64,000 nucleotides of DNA from Naegleria gruberi. Lineage: Eukaryota. The stretch is taken from the NCBI GenBank assembly GCA_000004985.1, contig GG738848.1. One strand, 5' to 3'. The notes below the pieces were generated by a model. That model had not been told where the DNA came from. It ran no database searches and was given only the letters and a program-made list of their open reading frames with translations. Positions 1-10,051 of the stretch are shown here, in pieces; positions within the stretch are counted from its first letter, which is position 1, and each line of letters starts with the position of its first letter. Both the position numbers and the translations under genes were made by a program.

Positions 1-584
1 GAGCAAATGATTCTTTTCATGTTTCTTGTGTTTTTTTTCTTGATTGTTTTCAAAATTGCCTAGCTAATGATTCATCTATTTAAGGAAATTAGATTATCTT
101 CCTTAATTGGAAGAGATAGTTAAGAAAAAGTGAATAGATATTATTACCCATGAATCCATGAATCAGTACATTGTATCTATCAACAGTAGATTACATGCTA
201 AATGTTCGAAATTTGCAAAATTTTCACAATTTCATCGTTTTCATTTGCTAATTGAGTAATTTTCCATCTCAGAGTTGAGTTCAATGGTAAAGATATCTAT
301 TTTGCATAATTTTCAAGATTCACTGTAGTTGCTCTTAATTTAATTCTTTTCAAATGTAACTTGAAGTATCTCTGTTGACTTTCGAATAACAATTTAACAT
401 TACAATTTGAAACTGTAAATTCTTCCAATCTACAAAGTTGAAAATGCTGAACTCTGGGGCAGTACCTAACTACAGCGCTATTCGTACGAATGTTTGAATT
501 TTATTGGCAAGCATCGCACAATATTAGTACAGCCCCTCTTCCTGAAAGAGAAAACTAAAGTTTCGAATATTACCACGCAAAAAA

Positions 585-2603
585 ATGATAGCAAACAAGT
601 ACTATTCTCTTATTCATCATGGGCTATTCCTCTTGTTTACATTATTATTGTTGCGTTTCAATATAAATCAAGTCGACTGCCAAACATCAAATAATTATTT
701 AATGACATTACCGATACATGCAAACGAACCACAATGTTTAATTAAACCAGATGGTGATCCGGTTTTATTTGAATGGAATTTAAATTGTTCAAATGTCACT
801 TGTAATAATTTATCTATACATTTATCGAAAATGACAGCTACCTATTGTTTGGTGATTCAATTATTTTCAGATGAGGATTGGATGTTTGTAAATGTCAGCC
901 AAACTGAGAATTTCAAAATATTTACCAATCATCGACTGCCTGACAATGTCAGATTTCGACTTTTTTGTTATTTTCAAGATATGGGAGAGTTGGATTTTGA
1001 CATTGAGCCGACAAGGATCTTCTTGACCAGAAATGGATCTGAAGTGATGAAGAATTGCTCAGATGGTCAAGTAAATGAAAAATTGGATGAAATGATTAGT
1101 GACAGTTATTGGAATTTCACACGACGAAAACAATTTCAACAATATTTCATGAAAATTACTGAACTGAATGTGGAGATACCTCTAAGAATTGATAATTTGA
1201 CGAATTTACAAATGCATGTCATGCCTATTGACATTTATGGTTATCCTGAAAATGTTGGAATGATTTTCACAGGATCCTATTATGTTATTCCACTTTTTAC
1301 AAATTATTCAACGCAGACATCACCCTACTGGGAATCTCAATGCAATGATTTAACTTACAATACTCGATCTCAATACTATATATGGAAATTAATTGCCATT
1401 TCAATAGGTGCTTTGGAATTTTCAATTATTCTCATTCTACTCTTCTATAGAAGGAAGCACATTATTCTAGAGAGTCGATTTATCATTCCACACTTCTCCA
1501 CCTGCATGTATATCTTGCAGTGTGTTGTAAATATCATATTGAATGTAATTTATTATGATCCTAAATGGGATACCATGATTGAAGAGCTAGTTCTCATCAT
1601 TGTCATGTCATTGCATCTGTTACAGGGGTGTAGATACTATGCTTCTCGATTATTCTATTCGAGATTCTATTCGAAAAGAGATGGCTTAATGATGAAGATT
1701 CTCCTTTCGAAAATTCCATTTCTAATAGCCATTGTAACAGTTGTCTTGTTGGAGGGAGGAATTGTGACAGCTCTCATTATTAAGGTACCCATTACTGAGA
1801 TTTCAACATTCTACGATAGTATTTCCATTGTTTGTGGAGTGAGTTATATGATTCTACTTGGAATTGGTTTACTAGCTCACTTTATTTCACATTTCAAATT
1901 TGTTAGAAAGTTGAGGAAACCGAAACAAATTATGAAATGGTTCTTTTTATATGATGATGCATTTGGATATAATGGGGAGTTTTTAGTGTTTGTGATTATT
2001 TGGATTTTAGCGGGAATTCATTTTGTAATTTCTGAAATTTGTGGAGATTATTTGACAATTTCCTTATATGACGAAACTAGACCTTTATCTAAAAAGTATT
2101 TGAATAATGGATTTGGATATGCACTGTATGGGATTACTAAAATAATGTCGACAATGGGATTTGGATTGCAATATTTATTTTTAATTACAATGACATTTGT
2201 CAAGAAACGAAAGTTTGATAAATCTGACTTTCGACACCAAAAGGATGAGATGGACATGTTCATTTCCAAGATATTTAACGATGGAAGTATTTGTGTTGAA
2301 ATTCTGAAACGATTTCTCATGGCAGAATTCAAATTAGAATTATTAGAAATCTACCTATTCCTCACAGAGAATCCAAAATCAACACTGATGAATCTCGTTA
2401 AACAACATCCTCAGAATTACTTTGCCATTATTCGATACTTTAAGAAATCCAATCTGGAGAGTGAGTATCAAATCTGCTATCGAGAATCTACCGAATTATT
2501 ACTAGAAGTTTTTACCAGATTGAAACAGACAGTTGTCTATGAAGAGGAATATGTGAAAAAGATGGCAGAAGAAATGCAATTCGTATTGGATACCATTAAA
2601 TAA
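585..2603 (+). CDS. 7-transmembrane receptor-like protein (GPCR-like): ~270-aa N-glycosylation-rich extracellular N-terminal domain, seven predicted TM helices, ~140-aa cytoplasmic tail
   Basis: Continuous 672-codon ORF. Seven hydrophobic 18-23 aa segments (IWKLIAISIGALEFSIILILLFY ... GFGLQYLFLITMTFV) with short connecting loops and basic residues after the TMs. No motif-level family assignment was possible from sequence alone. Confidence 0.5.
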   Translation: MIANKYYSLIHHGLFLLFTLLLLRFNINQVDCQTSNNYLMTLPIHANEPQCLIKPDGDPVLFEWNLNCSNVTCNNLSIHLSKMTATYCLVIQLFSDEDWMFVNVSQTENFKIFTNHRLPDNVRFRLFCYFQDMGELDFDIEPTRIFLTRNGSEVMKNCSDGQVNEKLDEMISDSYWNFTRRKQFQQYFMKITELNVEIPLRIDNLTNLQMHVMPIDIYGYPENVGMIFTGSYYVIPLFTNYSTQTSPYWESQCNDLTYNTRSQYYIWKLIAISIGALEFSIILILLFYRRKHIILESRFIIPHFSTCMYILQCVVNIILNVIYYDPKWDTMIEELVLIIVMSLHLLQGCRYYASRLFYSRFYSKRDGLMMKILLSKIPFLIAIVTVVLLEGGIVTALIIKVPITEISTFYDSISIVCGVSYMILLGIGLLAHFISHFKFVRKLRKPKQIMKWFFLYDDAFGYNGEFLVFVIIWILAGIHFVISEICGDYLTISLYDETRPLSKKYLNNGFGYALYGITKIMSTMGFGLQYLFLITMTFVKKRKFDKSDFRHQKDEMDMFISKIFNDGSICVEILKRFLMAEFKLELLEIYLFLTENPKSTLMNLVKQHPQNYFAIIRYFKKSNLESEYQICYRESTELLLEVFTRLKQTVVYEEEYVKKMAEEMQFVLDTIK

Positions 2604-2998
2604 TAACTTGTTCCATTATATTTCAATTAAGCTTTTGTTGAATTCAATCACTAATCCTGAGATTCGCCAATGGTGCTTTGATTGAGTTTAGTTTAAAATG
2701 GTTAAAAAAAGACTACAGCACCACAGGTTCCCAAGTTGTCTCCAACCTCAGTACTGATGTGGCTCGACGATACTTAACTTCTCAAATCGGACGGGATGAG
2801 GTGCATTCATCGTTAATTATTTCAATGTAGTTCGAGCCATTTCCTATCTATAAATCTTAATCTTGAATAAGAAAATGATCTGGACTTACAACAGCTCAAC
2901 ACTGGTTTTTGGCTCATTGCTATAAAACGTACTTAAATATAGTTTAATAATTTTTATGAAGAATGCGTTGTTACAATTTTTATGATATTTAAAAAAAA

Positions 2999-4240
2999 AT
3001 GAGCAAACGAAAAAGACAAGATTTTGAAAATCATCATCGCTTAATTAATTCGGAGGAAATATTCACTAACAATTTTAATAATAATATGGAAGAGAAAGCA
3101 AAAAAGAGTGTGAAATTCCAACAAGAAGAAATATTTTCAGATGATGTTTGTTTTGAAATAATCTCCATGATTGATGATTCATGGTTTATTTTAAATAATT
3201 GTTGTTTAATTTCAAAACAATTCTTTAATGTGATCAAGGAACGTTCAAAACTTGTTATTCAATTTAACAAAAAATTTACAGAGAAACGAGTTGAATTATG
3301 CATGAAAAGTCAATTCATGAATAGTATTGTTAATCTTAAAGTTTCTCGTTGGTTGCTTGACTCTGTAGACCAACTCAAATTCATAAGTGAAATGAAACAA
3401 TTAACATCACTCGATATATATAGCAATCGAATTGGTGTAGAAGGAGTTAAATATATAAGTGAAATGAAACAATTAACATCACTTAATATTTCTGAAATTG
3501 AAATTAGTGATGAAGGAGCCAAATATATAAGTGAAATGAAACAATTAACATCACTTTATATACATAATAACGAAATTGGTGATGAAGGATCCAAACACAT
3601 AAGTGAAATGAAACAATTAACATCACTTAATATTGGTTGTAATGAAATTAGTGATGAAGGAGCTAAACATATAAGTGAAATGAACCAATTGATATCGCTT
3701 AGTATTGGTTACAATCGAATTGGTGATGAAGGATTCAAATATATAAGTGAAATGAAACAATTAACATCACTCGATATTACTGACGATGAAATTGGTGATG
3801 AAGGAGCTAAATATATCAGTGAAATGAAACAATTAACATCACTAAATATTGGTTTTAATGAAATTGGTGATGAAGGAGCCAAATACATCAGCGAATTGAA
3901 ACAATTAACATCACTTGATATTTCTGAAACTGAAATTAGTGATGAAGGAGCCAAATATATAAGTGAAATGAAACAATTGATATGGCTTACTATTGGTTAT
4001 AATGAAATTAGTGACAAAGGAGCTAAATACATCAGCGAACTGAAACAATTAACATCACTCGATATTACTGACAATAAAATTGGTAATGAAGGAGCCAAAT
4101 ATATAAGTGAAATGAACCAATTGATATCGCTTAATATTGGTTACAATCGAATTGGTGATGAAGGAGCCAAATATATAAGTGAAATGAAACAATTGACATC
4201 ACTAAGACAAATCAGTTTAGGATTTTACTGTAATAATTGA
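2999..4240 (+). CDS. F-box-like / leucine-rich-repeat protein (RNI-type 24-residue LRRs, ~12 units)
   Basis: 413-aa ORF. The N-terminal segment CFEIISMIDDSWFILNNCCLISKQFF is F-box-like. Tandem 24-aa units follow, with consensus ISEMKQLTSLdIsdNeIGDEGAKY. The paralog at 11446 is about 93% identical over the N-terminal 120 aa. Confidence 0.7.
   Translation: MSKRKRQDFENHHRLINSEEIFTNNFNNNMEEKAKKSVKFQQEEIFSDDVCFEIISMIDDSWFILNNCCLISKQFFNVIKERSKLVIQFNKKFTEKRVELCMKSQFMNSIVNLKVSRWLLDSVDQLKFISEMKQLTSLDIYSNRIGVEGVKYISEMKQLTSLNISEIEISDEGAKYISEMKQLTSLYIHNNEIGDEGSKHISEMKQLTSLNIGCNEISDEGAKHISEMNQLISLSIGYNRIGDEGFKYISEMKQLTSLDITDDEIGDEGAKYISEMKQLTSLNIGFNEIGDEGAKYISELKQLTSLDISETEISDEGAKYISEMKQLIWLTIGYNEISDKGAKYISELKQLTSLDITDNKIGNEGAKYISEMNQLISLNIGYNRIGDEGAKYISEMKQLTSLRQISLGFYCNN
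3376..4210 (+). repeat. In-frame 72-bp tandem repeat array (LRR-coding), about 12 units
   Basis: Direct 72-nt periodicity (ataagtgaaatgaaacaattaacatcact...). The open antisense frames across it are periodicity artefacts. Confidence 0.85.
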
Positions 4241-4378
4241 TAACCCAAATGTTAAAAGTTTGCATATGGTTGGGTGGGCTTAATAACAAGAAATAGTATT
4301 GGCTTAATGGAATGAGGTGCATTCATCATGATAAAGCCGTAGCCATTTCATACCTTAAAATAATAATCAGTAATTAAA

Positions 4379-6280
4379 TTAAACTTTATAGAGAACTTCC
4401 TTAATGTCAACATGTTGATGTTGTTTACAATTATCGTATAGTGTTTTGAAAATCTTGTGTTTCTCAATTGCAATATCGAAATTCTTCTTTTGAGCTCGAC
4501 TGATTGCTTCCTTCAGTCCAGTATCAATCATGGTTGCAAATTTCTTCCTGGCCATATCCCATCCAATACTTGTGGCCATAATTCCACTCAGATTAATCAT
4601 TCTAAAATCAATATATCTCGTACTATTATTATCAATCTTTTGTAATAACCTAGCTCCAATCATTGGCAATCTTGTTCTAGAATCTCCACTATCGTATGAT
4701 TTCATCAATAGGAGACATTCTGTTATTTCACCACCAACGAATGATGCCTGACTTGAGAGTACCATGTCGAGGGCTCGTTTAGGGAATAAAGAAATCTCAA
4801 AATCTGATGAAAGAGTGGCAATTGAATATTTCTGTTGTGAGCTAGTCATGTTAATGGGCTCACTCTGGTTGAAGGTCACATTCTTCAACACTGACGATAA
4901 GTGATCATCAGTGTGTAGTGCCTTGACACATTCCTCCAGAGAATTCTCCAATTTACCAACCATTTTAAAAGTCTTTGATTCCAAATGTCCAACTGTATAA
5001 TCTGCCTTTGTGGACCATTGCATTAATTTTCCTCGATTCTTAATAGTTGGATACCAATCTGGAGAAAATTCCTTAGTGAGATAATTAATGGCCTTCCAAT
5101 CTGAATCAATTACAAATTTTACACTCAAATCCTCGGCTGAGAATCGATGGTCCTTCTCTGCATGCTTGAATAAATCTCTCTTCTTTAACAGAATGTGAAG
5201 GGCAGAGGAGGGCAATTTCTTTGGTTCCAGATTCGTCTTGATCCACTTGTTAATGAATTTTTCTTCATCCACCTGGAAAATATTAAACCAATCCTCCAAA
5301 TCATGCAAAAACATTTGAATAATGATTTGAATCTCATCCAACATTCCAATACCAATCAATTTATCATTTGGATCAGTATGGAGTGGAATTTCAATGTTTT
5401 TCGAATAGCATTCGTGTTGTTTCTTTAAAAAACTTTCCAATCTTTCATGTGAAAACAATTTTGCAGTTCTATTCTTTAAATGCATGATTAAACTTGTCAG
5501 GAAATGGAAAGGATTGCCTTCTCCTCCAGTATTTATACTAATTTCTATATTACTTGTAGGAATTTCCAATTCTAACAATAAATCTCTGCAAAATTCATCA
5601 ATCATTTCCATTACCACTTGTCGTGATGTGACAGTTGACTTGATTTTCAATGAACTTGCATCCATAAACTTGATAAGAAACAACACCTTAGCTCTAGCTT
5701 CTAGTTCATACTCAAAACTTTGCAAATATTTGAAAAATTGTTCTCGCATTTCTTCTAACGGAGGTAAATGTTTGAATTCTCCATAAGATTTTGAAGATTT
5801 TGAAGATTTTGTTGATTTTGTTGATTTTGCTGTGGAACTTCCATGGGAATGTGCTGAATTAGTTGATAAATTATCATCGGGAAGGTATTGGTCGTGATGG
5901 TTGTGATGGTGTCCATCAGAAAGTGCACTGGTTGACAATGGACTCGAGCTGATGGGATGATGGTTGGCAGTTCTGTCAAAATCATCGACTCCTTCAATAT
6001 TTATCTTGATTTGCTCTTCACTACTAGTAGAAAATGTAAAATCTGCATGTAAACTATAGGATTTAAAGTGTGAGCCTTGTCCATTCGAATAGGAGCCATC
6101 AAATAAACTAGACGAAACAGGAGAAGTTGACAAGAATGAAGTAGACGAAACCGGAGAACTTCCACCTGCAAAATGTGATGGAGAAAGACCCCTCGGTGAA
6201 TGTTGTGAACCATTCAAAGATGACAATCCTTTGTGTGAATCCACAACCGCTAGAAAATTGACAGGTAATTGTACTGACAT
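4379..6280 (-). CDS. Ser-rich hypothetical protein, C-terminal ~220 aa possibly a START/Bet v1-like lipid-binding fold
   Basis: 633-aa ORF on the minus strand. Low-complexity Ser/His N-terminal half (KSTKSTKSSKSS is encoded by a 9-bp repeat at about 5790-5830). The C-terminal region shows the W..G...PKRA(L)D...SSQASF..G...C pattern. The START call is tentative. Confidence 0.5.
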   Translation of the reverse strand: MSVQLPVNFLAVVDSHKGLSSLNGSQHSPRGLSPSHFAGGSSPVSSTSFLSTSPVSSSLFDGSYSNGQGSHFKSYSLHADFTFSTSSEEQIKINIEGVDDFDRTANHHPISSSPLSTSALSDGHHHNHHDQYLPDDNLSTNSAHSHGSSTAKSTKSTKSSKSSKSYGEFKHLPPLEEMREQFFKYLQSFEYELEARAKVLFLIKFMDASSLKIKSTVTSRQVVMEMIDEFCRDLLLELEIPTSNIEISINTGGEGNPFHFLTSLIMHLKNRTAKLFSHERLESFLKKQHECYSKNIEIPLHTDPNDKLIGIGMLDEIQIIIQMFLHDLEDWFNIFQVDEEKFINKWIKTNLEPKKLPSSALHILLKKRDLFKHAEKDHRFSAEDLSVKFVIDSDWKAINYLTKEFSPDWYPTIKNRGKLMQWSTKADYTVGHLESKTFKMVGKLENSLEECVKALHTDDHLSSVLKNVTFNQSEPINMTSSQQKYSIATLSSDFEISLFPKRALDMVLSSQASFVGGEITECLLLMKSYDSGDSRTRLPMIGARLLQKIDNNSTRYIDFRMINLSGIMATSIGWDMARKKFATMIDTGLKEAISRAQKKNFDIAIEKHKIFKTLYDNCKQHQHVDIKEVLYKV

Positions 6281-6803
6281 TTTTTTTTGAATAATTACTG
6301 ACAGTTATTCAACGGAAACAACCCAAAATGCAAGTAAATAACAAGGGCAATCCTTCAGTTTTGTAATTTCTTCAAATTTCGTTTTCAAACTAGGAAGAAT
6401 TGGTTTCCAAAATGTTTACAAATTTTTTGAGAATCGTTGCCATAAAAAATTTTAACAAAAATCTGAAAAATTTTGTTGTTTATCAATTAATTTTAGTATT
6501 AATTGCACTCGCGTGAGAAGATGATTCACTCAATCGATATTATTATTAAGGTGCAATTCTTACAGAGATCTTTAGTTTGTTTTTATGTTTATGTTTCGTT
6601 TCAATGAAGATGGAATGACTGGAACAATCTTTGAATTGTGGAACAAGTTACTTTGATTTCGAATATTAGACAGTTCAGTAAGTGGTGTGCCTTAGATTTT
6701 TGTCTGTGATTCATGAACTTGGTTTCAAAGTTATGTCAACGTCAAGTGTCTAATCAAAAAAAATACTTCAGTTGCTCCTTCATAATATTCATAATAAAAA
6801 AAC

Positions 6804-8422
6804 ATGGGCAATAAACTCATCATATCCCAGTCGGGTTCGTTCTCTCTGGATTCATCTACTTCATCTCTGCAAGCTTTCTATCAACAACCACTTGGCCGAA
6901 ACTTGAGACGAAACTCGACCGAAATACAAGCATCTCCTTCATCTCCAACAAAAAGAACGTCATCAAAGGGACCACTCAGTGCTGGATCAACATCCCTGAA
7001 TGATGTAGTATTCGAAAGATCTTCCTCACCAACTACAAACCCTCAGGATTATAACATTTTATTAGACGAAAGTTCAGAACCTGTAAAGAAGAGAATGAAC
7101 GTCATCATGTTAGGAACAGGAGGAAGTGCCAAAACCACAGTTTTAAAACAATTCAAATGTAAGTATTATTCCTTTTCTTTACAAGGTAATAATTTAAATT
7201 ATTTTACAAAATATTTAACATGTTTAATATAATTATAATATATTTAAAAAAATATTTACAAACAAAAAATCAATATCATTGAAAATAGTATTGGGAGGTA
7301 AAAGAGAAGATCTTACACAATCACTCTGGCAAGAAGGAATTGTCGTTCCATGTTTCGATTTGTTGATTGCCATTTTCAATCGAAAGAATTTCTATTATCC
7401 AAATGCAGAATATCATCACGAAGAATCTGATGAAGTTGAACAGCAAGTATTCGATCTGTTCGATCAAAAGAAGATTCTCAACATTATTCATCCGAATAAT
7501 CAGAAATTGATTGAGGAAATTGCTGAAATGTGGAACAATGAACCAATTTTGAGAAAGGTCTGTACGGAAATGCTTTTGGAAAATCAAGTGGAATCGGTTC
7601 CGGTTGAGGATGTGAATTATTATTTTTCCAGAGCTGTTGCAGTTCATCGGGGAGATAAACCATCGGATAAGGATTTGTTAATTTCACAAAGAAAGACAAC
7701 TGGTGTTACACATGTTGAATTTGCATTTAATAATGGTTCTACTTTGGTTAATATTTGGGATTGTGGTAAGTGAAATCATATTTTTGATTGTAAAATGTGA
7801 AATTTTGTGTAAATTTATGAATAATAATATAGGTGGTCAGAAAAATGAAAGAAAGAAGTGGAAATACATGTTTACCGAATCTCAAAAGTTAACAGGAAAG
7901 ATCTTTGTCATTTATTTCGTAGCTCTTTCAGAATATAATCAATTGTGCTACGAAGACGAAACCACCAACCGAACTCACGAATCTTTGAAAATTTTCGAGA
8001 GTGTTGCCAATAATCCAGAGTATGAGAATTATCCTCTCTTCCTCATCTTTACAAAGAAGGACATTTTCAAACAAAAATTGAGATATACCAGTTTATCTGT
8101 CTGTTTTGAAGATTGTCCAGAAGATTTGAAAGCTAACGAAGACACTACCAAGATAAAGAGAGATATCATTAACAATTGGACTGGATTTTTAGAGGATAGA
8201 CAATGTGTCTCTGATGAAATTTATGAAAAATCATTTGATTTTGTCAAGAGAAAATTTATGGAGCGAATTTCCAATGCCGATCGCAGAAAACAAACTGAAA
8301 AGAATATCAAGGTTGTGAATGCAATGGATGCTGATGATGTGAGAAGTAATCTTGTTGAAGAATTATTGGAACAAACAATGGTGGAAGAAATATATAAGGA
8401 TGATTTGGTTCATTATCTTTAA
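6804..8422 (+). CDS. Heterotrimeric G-protein alpha subunit, 3 exons (6804..7158, 7289..7765, 7833..8422)
   Basis: Exon 1 ends ...GTGGSAKTTVLKQFK, a P-loop-like segment, followed by a GTAAGT donor at 7159. Exon 2 carries RKTTGVTHVEFAFNNGSTLVNIWDCG(G), matching the switch I/II signature R.KTTGI...DVGGQ. Exon 3 starts GQKNERKKW and continues with ...ALSEYNQ..EDETTNR.HESL..F... and FTKKD (NKxD) and VVNAMDADD (TCAxDT). Splice sites GTAAGT/AG join the ORF frames cleanly. MG at the N-terminus. Confidence 0.8.
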
Positions 8423-8426
8423 AATT

Positions 8427-8448
8427 CTCGTCATTCAATAAAAGTTAA
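8427..8448. repeat. Target-site duplication, left copy (ctcgtcattcaataaaagttaa)
   Basis: Exact 22-bp direct repeat of 9620..9641 flanking the retroelement fragment. Contains the AATAAA of the Galpha 3' UTR. Confidence 0.7.
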
Positions 8449-9619
8449 ATTGTAATATTTATTAACGTCTCTTGTATCGTAAAGACCTGAGAGACGAGGT
8501 CTACAACCAGTAAGTTTCGGTTCAGCGTTTAAGTGTTATGGGTTGACGCTAAGTGGTTGGTTAGACTGAGCCTGCCTGTGGTAGGCAGAGAGGTATTTCC
8601 TGTTAATAGTGAAGCTTGCATTGGGACGGTTGTACCACACTGAGTTCTTGTAGCAATTTTCCAAATAAATAGCTAGTGCTTTGTAGACTTCTAGGGCCAC
8701 ATTCTTAGGTATTCTTTTGCGCTTAGACCAGTTAAGCCAGTCATTACGGGAGCAACGACCATCAAATTCTATCCTAAGTTGAGAGGATTCTGAGATATCA
8801 GGAGGGAAACGAATCTTGTTAAGGCTAAATTTCTGGGAGATAGCGTCCCATGTGGCATACAGTTCATCCTTTTCAGGATTGCATTTGGGACAAGTTTGGA
8901 ATACGTGGGTCCAATCTTCCTTGACATTACATTTGTCACAAATACTGTCGTTACCTAGTAAAATTGAGTGGTGGAGATTAAAGTAGAGGAGTCTTTGCTG
9001 ATAATAAGACAAGAGAGAGTTTCTCCAGAAGGAGAGAGTGCTATTATGCCAATTATAGTCATTGTCTAATTGGCCCAACTTATTAATAATTTTCTTGGAT
9101 CGCTGAGTTTCAATGATAGCATTTCTAAGGTTGGAGACAGGCTTGTGATTGGTACGGTTACACAAGACCCATCCATTATCTGTGGATTTGAAGTAATATT
9201 TCAGATCTTTCATTGTAGCGGCAGCATTTTTCCACAGTGAATCTGTAGTTTCACCCTTGAGCGCCTTATTTATCATGGCTCTTGCGATTTTGGGTGATAG
9301 GAGAGGTAGAATTGACAAACCTACAGACAGATGCCATCCTTTCCACGTGACTTATATCAACTGGAGATGAAAGTCCAAGTCCACCCTGGGATTTATCACC
9401 ATATATAACGGCTTTAGAGAGCCTGTTGTCACATCCAATTCTTTTCTTAATAATTCCACTAATTTTGACTTCCAATTTTTCCAATAGTGAAAGTGGAATA
9501 GCATCTACGCTTGAGAGGTATCTAGGTACAGAAAGCACCTTAGATAATATTACGTTCCTCATTGGACCGAAACAACTTTTAAGAGAACCTTATCATCGGA
9601 GGGAGACCAAGACATGTTA
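8449..9619 (-). mobile_element. 5'-truncated, frameshifted non-LTR (LINE-like) retrotransposon remnant: 3' part of ORF2 (post-RT GGLGL region plus C-terminal CCHC zinc knuckle)
   Basis: The minus-strand ORFs 9266..9562 and 8536..9318 overlap in different frames (decay). Motifs: ...KRIGCDNRLSKAVIYGDKSQGGLGL... (conserved K..GGLG box after the RT core of non-LTR elements) and CDKCNVKEDWTHVFQTCPKC (C..C...ET..H.F..CP knuckle typical of the CR1/L1-like ORF2 C-terminus). Local GC is higher than surrounding DNA. Flanked by perfect 22-bp direct repeats. No poly(A) tail. Confidence 0.65.
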
Positions 9620-9641
9620 CTCGTCATTCAATAAAAGTTAA
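9620..9641. repeat. Target-site duplication, right copy
   Basis: Identical to 8427..8448. Confidence 0.7.
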
Positions 9642-10051
9642 TATTTCTCAGAGCTGCAAGACTTGTTGTGCTGTTTATTTAAAAATCTCAATTTTTCCCT
9701 AATGACGGCATTTACCCCTGAACGGCAAAAAACAACCAACCTGAGCAAAAAAAAAATGAATTTAGGTCCTACTTTGACACAAATCATCTACCACATTTCA
9801 TCAGAATCACACAGCTAAACAACAGGGTTGGTGTTTTTCATAAATTGTACCCTGTATTTAACTATTAAGTTTTATTAAATTCGGGAGTTGATTTTTCGAA
9901 AAAAGAATAGAGGGCGGCTACTTTTGAAAAACAACTACCTCATTCCGAAAAACAACAGACCACCAAAATTCAATTCCTAAATGGCTAACACACCATAGCA
10001 CACAAATTTGGTTTATTCAATTTTTAGAATTGTCACACTCATCACACCAAT

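Noticed and set aside
2758-2848. tRNA gene on the minus strand at 2760-2840 (perfect 7-bp stem GGCTCGA...TCGAGCC plus A)
   Set aside because: No GTTCRANYC T-loop, no D-arm consensus, and no cloverleaf could be drawn. The stem is retained as part of the flanking-element finding instead.
3310-3954. Minus-strand ORFs 3310..3522 and 3709..3954 (and 11868..12083, 12084..12299, 12759..13061) encoding SSDVNCFISLMNLAPSTPIR repeats
   Set aside because: They are the antisense frame of the 72-bp LRR-coding tandem repeat. The frames stay open only because of repeat periodicity. The sense strand carries a coherent F-box/LRR protein.
9426-9641. Plus-strand ORF inside the LINE remnant
   Set aside because: It is antisense to the recognisable ORF2 fragments and has no motifs, so it is a shadow ORF.
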